Origin: an uncultured cyanobacterium
Lineage (GTDB): Bacteria > Cyanobacteriota > Cyanobacteriia > Cyanobacteriales > CAWCAG01
Direction: 5' to 3'
DNA: 64,000 nt
Assembly (NCBI GenBank): GCA_963803805.1
Contig: CAWDOD010000009.1
Coordinates: 64,001 to 128,000, forward strand
How positions within the stretch are numbered: position 1 is the stretch's first letter; every line of letters starts with the position of its first letter. Below are positions 30,177 to 40,100 of the stretch, one piece after another. The position numbers were made by a program, and so were the translations under genes. The notes under the pieces are model-generated. The model made no database searches. It was not told the origin of the DNA and was given only the letters and a program-made list of their open reading frames with translations.

Positions 30177-30998
30177 ATGAAACAAAAACATAGTATTTCT
30201 AGAAAACAGCCAGTTGCAAGTAGCTCCACTACTGCATTCACCGAAAACACGAAAAACCTTCAGGTAAAGGTAAGCCTTCCTGCAACATGGGGACTGGGAG
30301 AACGACTAGTTCCTGACCAAATGGCGTGTGATCCGACAAGTCGAAGGATTGTTGAGATTAATTTTCACCATTATGAAATTGCGGGACACTATGCTAGAGG
30401 AAAAAAAGTTTTAGACATTGCGTGCGGTGTAGGATATGGCAGTCAAATATTACACCTCGCTGGAGCAAGCAAGGTGGTGGGAGTCGATGTATGTCCAGAC
30501 ACAATACAGTATGCCCAGCAACACTACTCTGCATTTGGAATAGAGTTTGTTTGTAGTGAGGCAGAGCAGTTTGAATACCCAGAGCTATTTGATGTAGTAG
30601 TTTCATTTGAAACTCTAGAGCATCTTCGCTACCCAGAGAAATTTCTTGAACGTATTCGTAGTTACTTAACTCCAAAAGGTGAATTTTTACTGTCAGTGCC
30701 GTTAGGCGAAACGCGACACTTTGACCCTTATCATCTTCACAAATACACCAAAGGAGAAATCTTTGCTCTTCTTGAGAAAGCAGGATTTTCAATAAATCTG
30801 TATCGCTGTGACGATTTATTTTTGAGTTGTTCTGACTTGGAACATTGGGAAAAGCTTTATCCAGAGGCTCCACAACCATCAGTCTATGAGTTGCTGTTTA
30901 CTCAAAGAGGAAGAAAAGTGATGTATGACTTGATTTTTCAGGGCGGATTTAAGTTTCAGCAGCTACTTGTCAGTACTTCAGTAAATATTACTAAGTGA
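30177..30998 (+). CDS. Class I SAM-dependent methyltransferase
   Basis: VLDIACGVGYGS, VVGVD, FDVVVSFETLEHL. Confidence 0.92.
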   Translation: MKQKHSISRKQPVASSSTTAFTENTKNLQVKVSLPATWGLGERLVPDQMACDPTSRRIVEINFHHYEIAGHYARGKKVLDIACGVGYGSQILHLAGASKVVGVDVCPDTIQYAQQHYSAFGIEFVCSEAEQFEYPELFDVVVSFETLEHLRYPEKFLERIRSYLTPKGEFLLSVPLGETRHFDPYHLHKYTKGEIFALLEKAGFSINLYRCDDLFLSCSDLEHWEKLYPEAPQPSVYELLFTQRGRKVMYDLIFQGGFKFQQLLVSTSVNITK

Positions 30999-31073
30999 AG
31001 AGTTAGTAATTGTAAGTTTGCTGAAACAAAAGCTTCAAACCGAATCATTTTAATTTTTATTAGGAAAGCTCAA

Positions 31074-33143
31074 GTGCAACTATCAGCTCCATTACCTCAA
31101 ACCTATTCCCCCGGTAGCGATATTGCTGCTGGCTTTAGACCAAATCAAATTGTCTGGGGTCGCACAGGAAACGATACCGTTTTAGGTTCTTTACCTATCA
31201 GTTTTGATACAGAAGAGCCAATAATAGATGTTCTTTTAGGAGATTTTGAAATTCCTCTACTAGTAGATCCGGTTCCTCGTGATTGGAGTGACTCTTTTGT
31301 TTTAGGAGATTGGAGTCGAGCCTATTATGCAACTGATGATTTCTTTGTCACCCAGCTAGAAGACATCGGGTTGAACAATTTTGCTGTGATTGCTGACTTC
31401 AACTCTAATCTAGATTCCATTCAGCTATACGGTACTCCATCAGACTACCAACTAACGAGTTTTACCTTTGGGACTGCAATTTGGTCGCCGAGAACAATAT
31501 TTTCAGATTTTACCTATGTACCGGATGTTATTGGGGTTTTGCCGGTATTCGACCTAGAACTAGATGCTGATTATTTTCAGTTTTTGGGCTATGCTCCCCC
31601 AGATAGACCCGAAACAAGACAATCTCAACAGATAGGAACTTCTGGTTTTGATTTCTCTAATGCTGTTGCTGTAGATGCCTCCAATAACCTTTATGTAGCA
31701 GGGGTGACAACTGGCTCTTTAGGAGATTTTTTGAATTCTGGAGTTCGCGATGTTTGGTTAAGCAAGTATAACAGTGCAGGGGAATTATTATGGACTAATC
31801 AATTTGGCAGTTCTGAAACTGATTTTGTGATTTCAATAGCAACTAACAATGCAGGTGAGTTGTATTTAACTGGATTAACAGAGGGAGATTTAGGAGGTGA
31901 AAGAGGGGAAGGAATCTCAGATGCGTGGATTGCTAAATTTGACTCTGATGGCAACCAAAGTTGGATACAAAAGATTGAGGGAACAACTGGTCGTCCCACA
32001 TCTGGAAATAGTCTCGATATTGATGCTGATGGCAATATTTATTTGTCAGGTGTAACTGATAGTTTTAACCCTGAAGGGTCTGTGCTTCCTGTTTCGACAG
32101 ACTTCTGGGTATCTAAATATGATTCTAATGGTAGTCAGCTTTGGTTTCAACAATTAGGAATGCTTGAGGACGGCAGCGAGTTTGATGAAAATTACAGCAA
32201 TGCTGTTGATCAAAATGGCAATGTTTACTCTACAGGATTTACAACAAGCGATTTAGCAAGTCCTAATGCTGGTCTTTATGACGTTTGGCTGACCAAACAT
32301 GATACAAACGGTCAGCTAGAGTGGATTAGGCAATTTGGCACTGAGGATTATGAATGGGCTTGGGGAGTAGATACTGACAGCCAAGATGACATTTACTTAG
32401 GGGGATATACTCTCGGAAATCTTGGAGGAACTAATGCAGGTTCTTTTGATGCTTGGCTAGCTAAATATGACAAACAAGGAAATCAGTTATGGACTCAGCA
32501 GTTTGGTACTCCTGGAGATGACGAAGTTTTTAGCTTGAAGATTGATTCAAACGATAATATTTTCTTAGCAGGCTACACGGATGATAGTTTAGGAGGAACT
32601 AATAGCGGTTCTTATGATGCTTGGGTAGCTAAATATGATAGCAATGGAGAACAAGCTTGGATTCAGCAGTTTGGCACTCCTCAGTTGGAACAAGCTTACG
32701 ATATTACCTTCGATGATATTGGTAATCTCTATGTTACAGGAATCTCGGATGGCTCTTGGGGAGACTTTAATGCCGGGTCTTTTGATGCTTGGATAACGAA
32801 GCTCGACATAGAATCTGGAAACATTGAAGCCTTTGGTAATCCTTTGCAACCAGTGCCGCCAGAAGTTATCTTACCTCCTACTGATAGAGGTGAACCTCTA
32901 TTTACTGATGGGGAAATAGCTACTATTCTTGATAATTTTTTTCTGAATCTTTCTCTTGGGGGAATAAATCCGAGTCCTTATGCACCCTACACTCTTCCTT
33001 CCAACGAAATACCACCAAATTGGTATGTGTCTACTTCAACCCAAGTACCAGAACCATCTTTAGGAATCGGTATTCTTTTATTTGCTATCTCTGGGGTTAT
33101 TTCCAAGAAGGTACTAAAGTTTTGCATTTCACGAAGAAGGTAG
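31074..33143 (+). CDS. CylK/BrtB-like protein: N-terminal Ca-binding-type domain plus SBBP beta-propeller, with C-terminal PEP-CTERM
   Basis: GRTGNDT...LLGD...RDWSDSFVLGDW..YY...AVIADF...DSIQLYG; about seven propeller repeats (GSFDAWLAKYD..GNQLW.QQFGT); ends QVPEPSLGIGILLFAISGVISKKVLKFCISRRR; lies in a CylC-homologue cluster. Confidence 0.75.
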   Translation: MQLSAPLPQTYSPGSDIAAGFRPNQIVWGRTGNDTVLGSLPISFDTEEPIIDVLLGDFEIPLLVDPVPRDWSDSFVLGDWSRAYYATDDFFVTQLEDIGLNNFAVIADFNSNLDSIQLYGTPSDYQLTSFTFGTAIWSPRTIFSDFTYVPDVIGVLPVFDLELDADYFQFLGYAPPDRPETRQSQQIGTSGFDFSNAVAVDASNNLYVAGVTTGSLGDFLNSGVRDVWLSKYNSAGELLWTNQFGSSETDFVISIATNNAGELYLTGLTEGDLGGERGEGISDAWIAKFDSDGNQSWIQKIEGTTGRPTSGNSLDIDADGNIYLSGVTDSFNPEGSVLPVSTDFWVSKYDSNGSQLWFQQLGMLEDGSEFDENYSNAVDQNGNVYSTGFTTSDLASPNAGLYDVWLTKHDTNGQLEWIRQFGTEDYEWAWGVDTDSQDDIYLGGYTLGNLGGTNAGSFDAWLAKYDKQGNQLWTQQFGTPGDDEVFSLKIDSNDNIFLAGYTDDSLGGTNSGSYDAWVAKYDSNGEQAWIQQFGTPQLEQAYDITFDDIGNLYVTGISDGSWGDFNAGSFDAWITKLDIESGNIEAFGNPLQPVPPEVILPPTDRGEPLFTDGEIATILDNFFLNLSLGGINPSPYAPYTLPSNEIPPNWYVSTSTQVPEPSLGIGILLFAISGVISKKVLKFCISRRR

Positions 33144-33251
33144 TGCTTTTGATGAATGCAACTATCTGAAAGTAAACGTTTCTAACGTAGATGCGTTGAC
33201 TAGTTTCCAATTTTTAAATTAGTCCAACTTAATTTTTTAGGAGTTTTAACT

Positions 33252-35291
33252 ATGACTTTACGCGATGAATTAATAGAAGACAGATTCAGGGGTATTCAAA
33301 TTAGTGATTTACCTGATGTATTTGTAGGAGATACCAGTAACAATACTCTGGATGGAGATAGGGGAGGGGATGCAAACAAGATAACTATCTGTCTCGTAGA
33401 AGATCCTATATTTGGTATTTGTCTGATTGATGAAGAAGTTACTCTGCCTAATGGCGCTAATGACTTTATTTTCGGTTTTGGTGGCAGCGATACTATCCGA
33501 GGTGATATTAATGGGCCTGATTTACCAGGCAACGATATCATATTTGGAGACGGTGTTGTTGTTAACGAAGTTGGAATTGATGGAGACGACTTCATTAATG
33601 CTCAAGGAGGCGATGATATTGCCTTTGGTGGTGGTGCTGATGACACGCTCCTTGGTGGTAGTGGTAATGATATTTTGATAGGTGACTACCTACTTGGCTT
33701 TGAGTTTGCTATTCCTCCTATCACAATTGTTAATGACTTTATTGAAACTGGCAGCATCGAAGTTGGTGGGACTGGAAATGAAGGGAATGACTTTATCTCA
33801 GGAGGAGCAGGTGATGACCTTGCTATTGGAGATAGAGGTAATGATACGATCAATGGCGATGAAGGGAACGATTCTCTCATTGGTAGTGCTGATGACGACA
33901 TCATCAATGGTGGAGATGGAGATGATCTAATCATTGGTGACTATTTAGTGCCAGAAGGATTTTCAATATCTTCACCTGATGGGGATGAATTCACTATTGA
34001 TTTTGGTCCTGCGGGTAACGACATACTGTCAGGTGGTGCTGGTAACGATGTCATCTCAGGCGATGCTGGTATCGATACAGTGACTTATGCTCAAGATCCA
34101 AATGGAGTTACAGTCACTCTAGGTCTTCTGTTTATTCCGGGAGTTGGTAATGCTCAAGATGGTTTTGGTGGCAATGATCTTTTGTTCGGCATTGAGAACA
34201 TAACTGGTTCCTCATTTAATGATACTCTCACAGGTGACTTAGTAGGCAACGTTATTACCGCAGGCGCAGGGGATGACTTTGTATCTGGTGGTGAAGGTAA
34301 CGACACTCTCTTTGGCGAAGAGGGGAAAGATATCCTCAATGGCGATGGCGGTGACGATGTATTGAATGGAGGTAAGGGAGCCGATATTCTTAACGGTGGT
34401 TTCTTCGGCAGTGACACAGCATCCTATGCTACTTCAGATATTGGGGTAGAAGTAAGTTTGACCACAGGTACAGGTACTTCTGGCGATGCACGAGGGGACT
34501 GGCTGATTGACATTGAAAACCTCGAAGGTTCAAGGTTTGGAGACATTCTCACTGGTAACTCGTTCAATAACAAAATCTCCGGATTAGGAGGCGATGATAA
34601 GATTTATGGCGAAGCTGGAGATGATCAACTTTTTGGTCAACTAGGCGACGATTTCTTGTTTGGTGGATTAGGCAACGATGAACTTTTCGGTGAACAAGGA
34701 AGGGATGTACTCTTTGGTGAAGCAGGAGATGACCAACTTTTTGGTGGCAACGACCTTGACGAGTTAGATGGTGGTGCAGGGGATGACCGACTCTTCGGTG
34801 AAGCCGGCAATGATCGACTCTTTGGTGAAGCAGGGAATGACCAACTTTTTGGTGGTACTGGTAATGACACTATAGATGGCGGCACTGATGTAGATATTCT
34901 CTGGGGCGATGGAGGCAACGATGTTTTGTTAGGAAGAGCAGGAAACGATGCCCTCGACGGTGGTGATGGCAATGACGAACTCAACGGCGGTCAAGGTAAC
35001 GATATTCTAGAAGGCGGTCAAGGTAATGATATTCTAGAAGGCGGTCAAGGTCGGGATCTGTTCATACTTGCTCCTGGCCTTGGAGATGATACCATTGTCG
35101 ATTTTCAGGCTGAGCAAGATCTTCTAGGATTGAAAAATTATCTCACCTTTGGACAACTTAGCATTGTTCAAGGTACTGGAACTAATGCCGATAATTCCCT
35201 GATTAGTATTCAGGCTAGTGGTGAACTTTTAGCTACCCTAATTAATGTAGAAGCTAGTACTTTCACTGCTCAAAACTTTGTTGGTGTCTGA
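33252..35291 (+). CDS. RTX / haemolysin-type calcium-binding protein
   Basis: Many GGxGxDxLx nonapeptides; IENLEGS..GD.LTG units; C-terminal DTIVDF...LTFGQLSIVQG...LLATL tail. Confidence 0.93.
   Translation: MTLRDELIEDRFRGIQISDLPDVFVGDTSNNTLDGDRGGDANKITICLVEDPIFGICLIDEEVTLPNGANDFIFGFGGSDTIRGDINGPDLPGNDIIFGDGVVVNEVGIDGDDFINAQGGDDIAFGGGADDTLLGGSGNDILIGDYLLGFEFAIPPITIVNDFIETGSIEVGGTGNEGNDFISGGAGDDLAIGDRGNDTINGDEGNDSLIGSADDDIINGGDGDDLIIGDYLVPEGFSISSPDGDEFTIDFGPAGNDILSGGAGNDVISGDAGIDTVTYAQDPNGVTVTLGLLFIPGVGNAQDGFGGNDLLFGIENITGSSFNDTLTGDLVGNVITAGAGDDFVSGGEGNDTLFGEEGKDILNGDGGDDVLNGGKGADILNGGFFGSDTASYATSDIGVEVSLTTGTGTSGDARGDWLIDIENLEGSRFGDILTGNSFNNKISGLGGDDKIYGEAGDDQLFGQLGDDFLFGGLGNDELFGEQGRDVLFGEAGDDQLFGGNDLDELDGGAGDDRLFGEAGNDRLFGEAGNDQLFGGTGNDTIDGGTDVDILWGDGGNDVLLGRAGNDALDGGDGNDELNGGQGNDILEGGQGNDILEGGQGRDLFILAPGLGDDTIVDFQAEQDLLGLKNYLTFGQLSIVQGTGTNADNSLISIQASGELLATLINVEASTFTAQNFVGV
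34600..35055 (+). repeat. 27-bp (nonapeptide) RTX tandem repeats
   Basis: GEAGDDQLF/GEAGNDRLF/GGQGNDILE units; near-exact DNA repeats such as GGCGGTCAAGGTAAYGATATTCTAGAA. Confidence 0.85.
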
Positions 35292-35314
35292 GTTCGGGTT
35301 TACCAATTTAATTT

Positions 35315-35443
35315 ATGGTAGAGCTGAATATCGATTCTCGTAAATTGGAGGTTGCACGGGCTAACTTCTATCCACAGCATAGTAATCGGGCAGAGTTTAT
35401 CGAGAGGAGATGCTTATGCTCTGCCTTTTGATGATAATTCGTG
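35315..35443 (+). pseudogene. Remnant of a class I methyltransferase, frameshifted and cut by the IS1 end
   Basis: ELNIDSRKLEVARANFYPQHSNRAEFIE then, after a 1-nt shift, GDAYALPFDDNS abutting 35444. Confidence 0.65.
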
Positions 35444-36091
35444 GGTAGTCATGTAGAGGTAATGATAATAACATTGAGGAGAGAAAACCTGGTGAACGAA
35501 GAATGCTCTCCATGCTTAATTGTCCTCAATGTAACTCCCAGCAAGTTGTCAAAAATGGTCATATCCACAATGGCAAACAACGCTTTAAATGCCATGAGTA
35601 CAGAGAAGCTTTAATTCGCTTCAATTGTTTGAGTGAGCCACCGAGCTTATAGAGATTCTCCACTAAATGATACCAGTCGAGAACTTCGCGCTTCTGTTGT
35701 TCGTGATTGAATTGGGCAATCAAATTCCAGACCCCAGCATGGCCATCCCCCAAGCAGGTCACCATTGCCGACAAAGGTTGCTCACTCACCCATTTAATCA
35801 GAGCTTCATTGTCTTGAAAGTATGCTCCGCACACCGAATCATTCAGACTCACTGCTTTGTAATCTCGCCACTCACACCCTGCTTGAGCCACTGCTTTCAA
35901 ACTCCTCTAATTTTTCCTTCGGTGTTTCTTCTTTGAGCAGTTTGGCTACTTCTTTGAGGTGATACTTCAGTTTCCGCTCTTGTGCTGGACTCATCTTCTG
36001 CTCTCCTTTTTTCTCTTCTGCCTCTAATCTCTCACAACTTTACTTTTTCCCTCCGGGTATTATTACTCATTACATTTTTGGGATGCTCCCG
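35444..36091 (-). mobile_element. 648-bp chimeric ISKra4/IS1 element (right copy, inverted relative to 1377..2024)
   Basis: Starts GGTAGTCATGTAGAGG (IS1-type end) and ends TTTTTGGGATGCTCCCG (ISKra4 end); the ORF track gives translations identical to the left copy. Confidence 0.9.
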
Positions 36092-36462
36092 CTGATGTTT
36101 CTCATATCGCACACTGTTGCCAGTGTAGTTTTTCTCATTCTGCGATCGCCTCACCCCGCAGTTTTGAAGAAGCAGGCTCTCATTACATTCTTATGTTCTC
36201 TCATAAAGATAGGAAACTTGCATTCACACTTACTGAAAAAGAGAATTTTATGCCAAGTGACAAAGATTATATTGATAGTTTTATAACGAAAATTAAGGGG
36301 AATATTACTTTAGGCAAGCACTTAATTGATAATATTTTAAGTTGTACATACATACATGAAATCAGTTTAAATCTTATAGCTTCTGCTATAGTTGAAGCAT
36401 TTTATGAATGCTATACAGGCGAAGAAGGATTCATAAATATAGATTACCTCTTTGAAAGTTAA
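36091..36462 (+). pseudogene. Hypothetical gene probably 5'-truncated by the IS end
   Basis: The frame of ORF 36193..36462 stays open for 34 more codons upstream (ADVSHIAHCCQC...) up to the element boundary. Confidence 0.45.
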
Positions 36463-36553
36463 AATACCCCTGTTTTTCTGTATTCAAAAATTAAGCTTAT
36501 ATAAAAGCCAATATTTTATATAAATAAGTAACTTAGAAAAATGGTATGAATAA

Positions 36554-37069
36554 ATGGAGAAAAGATTAGCTAATCTTTTGATTCGACCAGGAATAAAGCA
36601 AGATTTTGCAGCAGTTGCTGCTATTTATAATCAGTCTATTGCTGCTGGAAATAGCACGATGGATGAGAACTTTTATACTGCTAAGGATATGGAAGCGCGC
36701 TTAAAAAAATTCGATGAACGAGAGACTATTTTAGTTGCTCAAAAAGAACAGCAAGTTATTGGTTGGGGAACAATTAAAAAATATAGCGATCGCCCAGGAT
36801 ATAGATTTTGTTGCGAGACTTCTATTTATTTTTCTTTAACAGAAACAGGTCAAGGTTATGGTCGAATTTTACAAACAGCATTATTAGAGAAAGTTAGAGA
36901 ATTTGGCTATCACCATATTGTTGCTAAAATTTTTGCTTCTAATCAAGGAAGTATTGCTTTTCATCAGCAATTTGGCTTTGAGGTTGTAGGAGTGCAAAAA
37001 GAAATTGGTTATATTCAAGAAAGTTGGCAAGATATTATCATTATGCAGCTTGTTATGAACCGGATTTAG
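36554..37069 (+). CDS. GNAT acetyltransferase, phosphinothricin/methionine-sulfoximine acetyltransferase (MnaT/YncA-like) family
   Basis: AAIYNQSI, YSDRPGYRFCCETSIY, GQGYGR, NQGSIAFHQQFGFEVVG...W.D. Confidence 0.85.
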   Translation: MEKRLANLLIRPGIKQDFAAVAAIYNQSIAAGNSTMDENFYTAKDMEARLKKFDERETILVAQKEQQVIGWGTIKKYSDRPGYRFCCETSIYFSLTETGQGYGRILQTALLEKVREFGYHHIVAKIFASNQGSIAFHQQFGFEVVGVQKEIGYIQESWQDIIIMQLVMNRI

Positions 37070-37144
37070 CATAACTCTCCTCAAGGCGCAGACTTAGTTT
37101 GCTACCAATCTTTTTACTTTTAGGAAGTTTCCTTTTGTTTAGCT

Positions 37145-40100
37145 CTACCCAGTAATTAACTGCAATAGCTCACCCGTGGACATCTTACCACTCATATTGC
37201 TATCTTCGAGAAGGCTATCAGCTAAATCTCTTTTGTGATGATGCAGTGCCACAATTTTATCTTCAATAGTATCCTTAGCCACCAGACGATAAATAGTTAC
37301 AGGCCTTTGCTGTCCAAGGCGATGGGCCCGATCTGAAGCTTGGTCTTCTACAGCAGGATTCCACCAAGGGTCCATGTGAATAACATAATCCGCCGCAGTG
37401 AGGTTTAGACCTGTCCCACCAGCTTTAAGACTAATTAAGAAAACTTCCCCTTCTCCAGCTTGAAAAGCCTTAACCCGTTTCTGACGCTTGGGATTGGGGG
37501 TGCTGCCATCCAAATATTGGTAAAGAACTTCTTGCTCATCTAAATAAGCACGAATAATTTGTAAATGACTGACAAACTGACTGAATATCAAAGCTTTGTG
37601 ACCATTTTCTCTCAATTCAGCTAGTATCTCCCCAAAAACTTGTAACTTAGAACCAGGAAGATCAGTTTCAGGCATAACCAAACTAGGATGACAACAACAG
37701 CGACGTAACTTCATCAACTCTGCTAAAACTTGCAAATGTTTCTGGCCAGCAGTAGCATCACTATCATTGAGTTTAGCGATCGCTTCCCGACGTAGAGCCT
37801 CGTAAAGGGCCATCTCCTCTTTAGTCAACTCCACGTGCAAAGTAATCTCTGTACGAGAAGGTAACTCTGTAAGTACTTGGCTCTTAGTACGTCTTAGTAG
37901 GAAAGGTTGCAGTAACTTTTTCAGAGTACTGCGAGCTTGCTTATCCTTTTGTTTCTCAATAGGTATAGCAAAGTTTTGATTAAAATCCTTGAGGGAACCA
38001 AGTAGTCCGGGGTTAATGAAGCGGAAGAGATTCCACAACTCCCCCAAGTGGTTTTCTAAAGGAGTACCTGTAGTAATCAGCTTAAATTGCCCTTGAAGTT
38101 TCATCGCGGCTTGGGAGCGCTTAGTAGCAAAATTTTTAATAAATTGCCCTTCATCAAGAACAATATTTTGCCATGCCACCTCAGACAATATTTGCGCCAC
38201 TTCTTCCTGTTGCAGCAAACCATAGCTACAAACCAGTAAATCAAAGGACTTTAACTGAGCAAGAACTTTTTGTCGGTCTGCACTGCCAAATTGTTTGGGG
38301 TTAAGAGTGGGTGCAAAGCGCTTTGTTTCACTAAGCCAGTTGTAACACACTGAAGTAGGTGCAACAACTAGAGTCGGACCTTCACTAGCTCGAAGCAGAA
38401 TAGCAGCTAGGGCTTGCAAAGTTTTACCTAAACCCATATCATCAGCTAAGCAAGCACCAACTCCCCAATGGGAAAGACGTGCCAACCAGCGAAATCCTTC
38501 TATTTGGTAATCTCGTAGTTCTGCTTTAAGGGTAGAAGGTACTTCTGGTTCTAGATGCTCTATTTCCCGAAGTTTTTTGAGATGTTGCCGCCAATGCTTA
38601 TCAGCTTTGACTTGACCAACCTCATCAAAGAAATCTTCTAAAGCTAAACCTGCTAAAGGATGAAAACGTCGCCCCTGCTTATGTTTTTCTGAAAAAGCTT
38701 GAAATTCACTCAGGCGATCGCGAAAGGCTTGGGTAAGAGCAATAAATTGGCCATCCCCCAGAGGAACAAAGCGCCCTGGACTTTGTTTTAATAGTTCCAG
38801 CAATTGCTGCATATCCATTACCAGATCATCAGCTAGTTTGAGCTTGCCGCTAGCAGCAAACCAGTCCTGTTGCCGACTAATTTTGAGTTGAAGGTTATCA
38901 AAACCAGCAGAGTGACTCACCTTCATTTTTTCTCCTTCTGGCCAAGCTATAACCACTCTATCTTCCAACTCCTTCAGCTCTAGGAGCAACTCCAAGCAGT
39001 CTTCTGCTTCTTCTATGAACCATTCACCATCTTCTGCGGAGTAGCCTTTAAGAAAGGACAAGCAGTAATAGCTTCCTGAGCAAGTGCTTGTTCTTTTTGA
39101 AGATCGCGGCTAGTTTGCAGACGCTGGCCTTTAATTTCGGTAATAACTGTTGCTCCTCCTTGACCAGGGTAATAGTAGGATTGTCCTTGAGCAAAAGGAC
39201 AAGTGAGTATTGTTAGCTTCAAGCCATCTCCTGCGGGCAAAATATGAATGTGAGGAGTCGGGTCTGCATTTACTTCCACTGCATTTTCAAGTTCCGCATC
39301 AATGTCAGAATGTACAGTGACGCTGTGGGAAACACCATTAAGAGCGGCTAAAACCTGTTCTTTGGCTGTACTGGGAACTTCCAAGCGATTTTTCTGACCG
39401 AGAAGGGTTGCAATACGGCGATGTTCTTCTTTGATTTCAATTACTCTGATCCTAGTGAGGGTTTCTTTTATTACTACCAAGTCCTCATCTTCTTGGGGTT
39501 GAGGAGATAATTCTAGAATAATTTTTCCCTGATTCTTTTGTTTAACCATAAATTTTGGTTCTCCTTTCACTACTTCTACAGGAGTAGTAGGGCTATCTTC
39601 CCAAAAAACAAGAGGATGACCAATTAAAGGGAGCATCGCTTTTTTATTAAAGGTGTATTCGGTAGTGCGAGAGTACCGATAACCACCGGAGGAATAACCT
39701 TCAATCAGATTACAGATTTTAATGTCTTGAGGTGTTAAATAATTAAAAGAATCCAGGTCTTTATAAAGGCGTTTGAGGGCAATAACTCGGCCCTTACTCC
39801 ATTCTCCTTTGGCATTGATTTTCTGCTCTCTGGGTTGAAGTAACCAGCTATTAGAGTAGAGAGTAATAAACCAAGCCAGACGTTGAGTTGTTGCTGAAGT
39901 CTGAGGCTGCTGTAAATTGGCAAGGGCATTTAAGGAAAGTTCCCAAGGTTCTTGAAGACGTATTATCTCCACTAGAGGGGTAATTTGTTCATCCTGGCGC
40001 AGGATTGCTGCTTGTGTATCGTAGCTGCTGCGGGGTTTGATGCGGGCTAATATTTCCGCGGCTTCCATTGCTAACCAGTTATAGCCGCCATTGCTAGCTT

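Noticed and set aside
33296-34984. Ser/Pro-rich minus-strand and alternative-frame ORFs
   Set aside because: Shadows of the RTX repeats
1377-36091. Non-cyanobacterial origin of the island
   Set aside because: HIP1 sites occur within it (e.g. near 7333, 19411, 24372, 28323) and the gene families are typically cyanobacterial
1367-36101. Target-site duplication around the bracketed block or each copy
   Set aside because: Flanks compared by eye in direct and inverted sense show no 8-9 bp match
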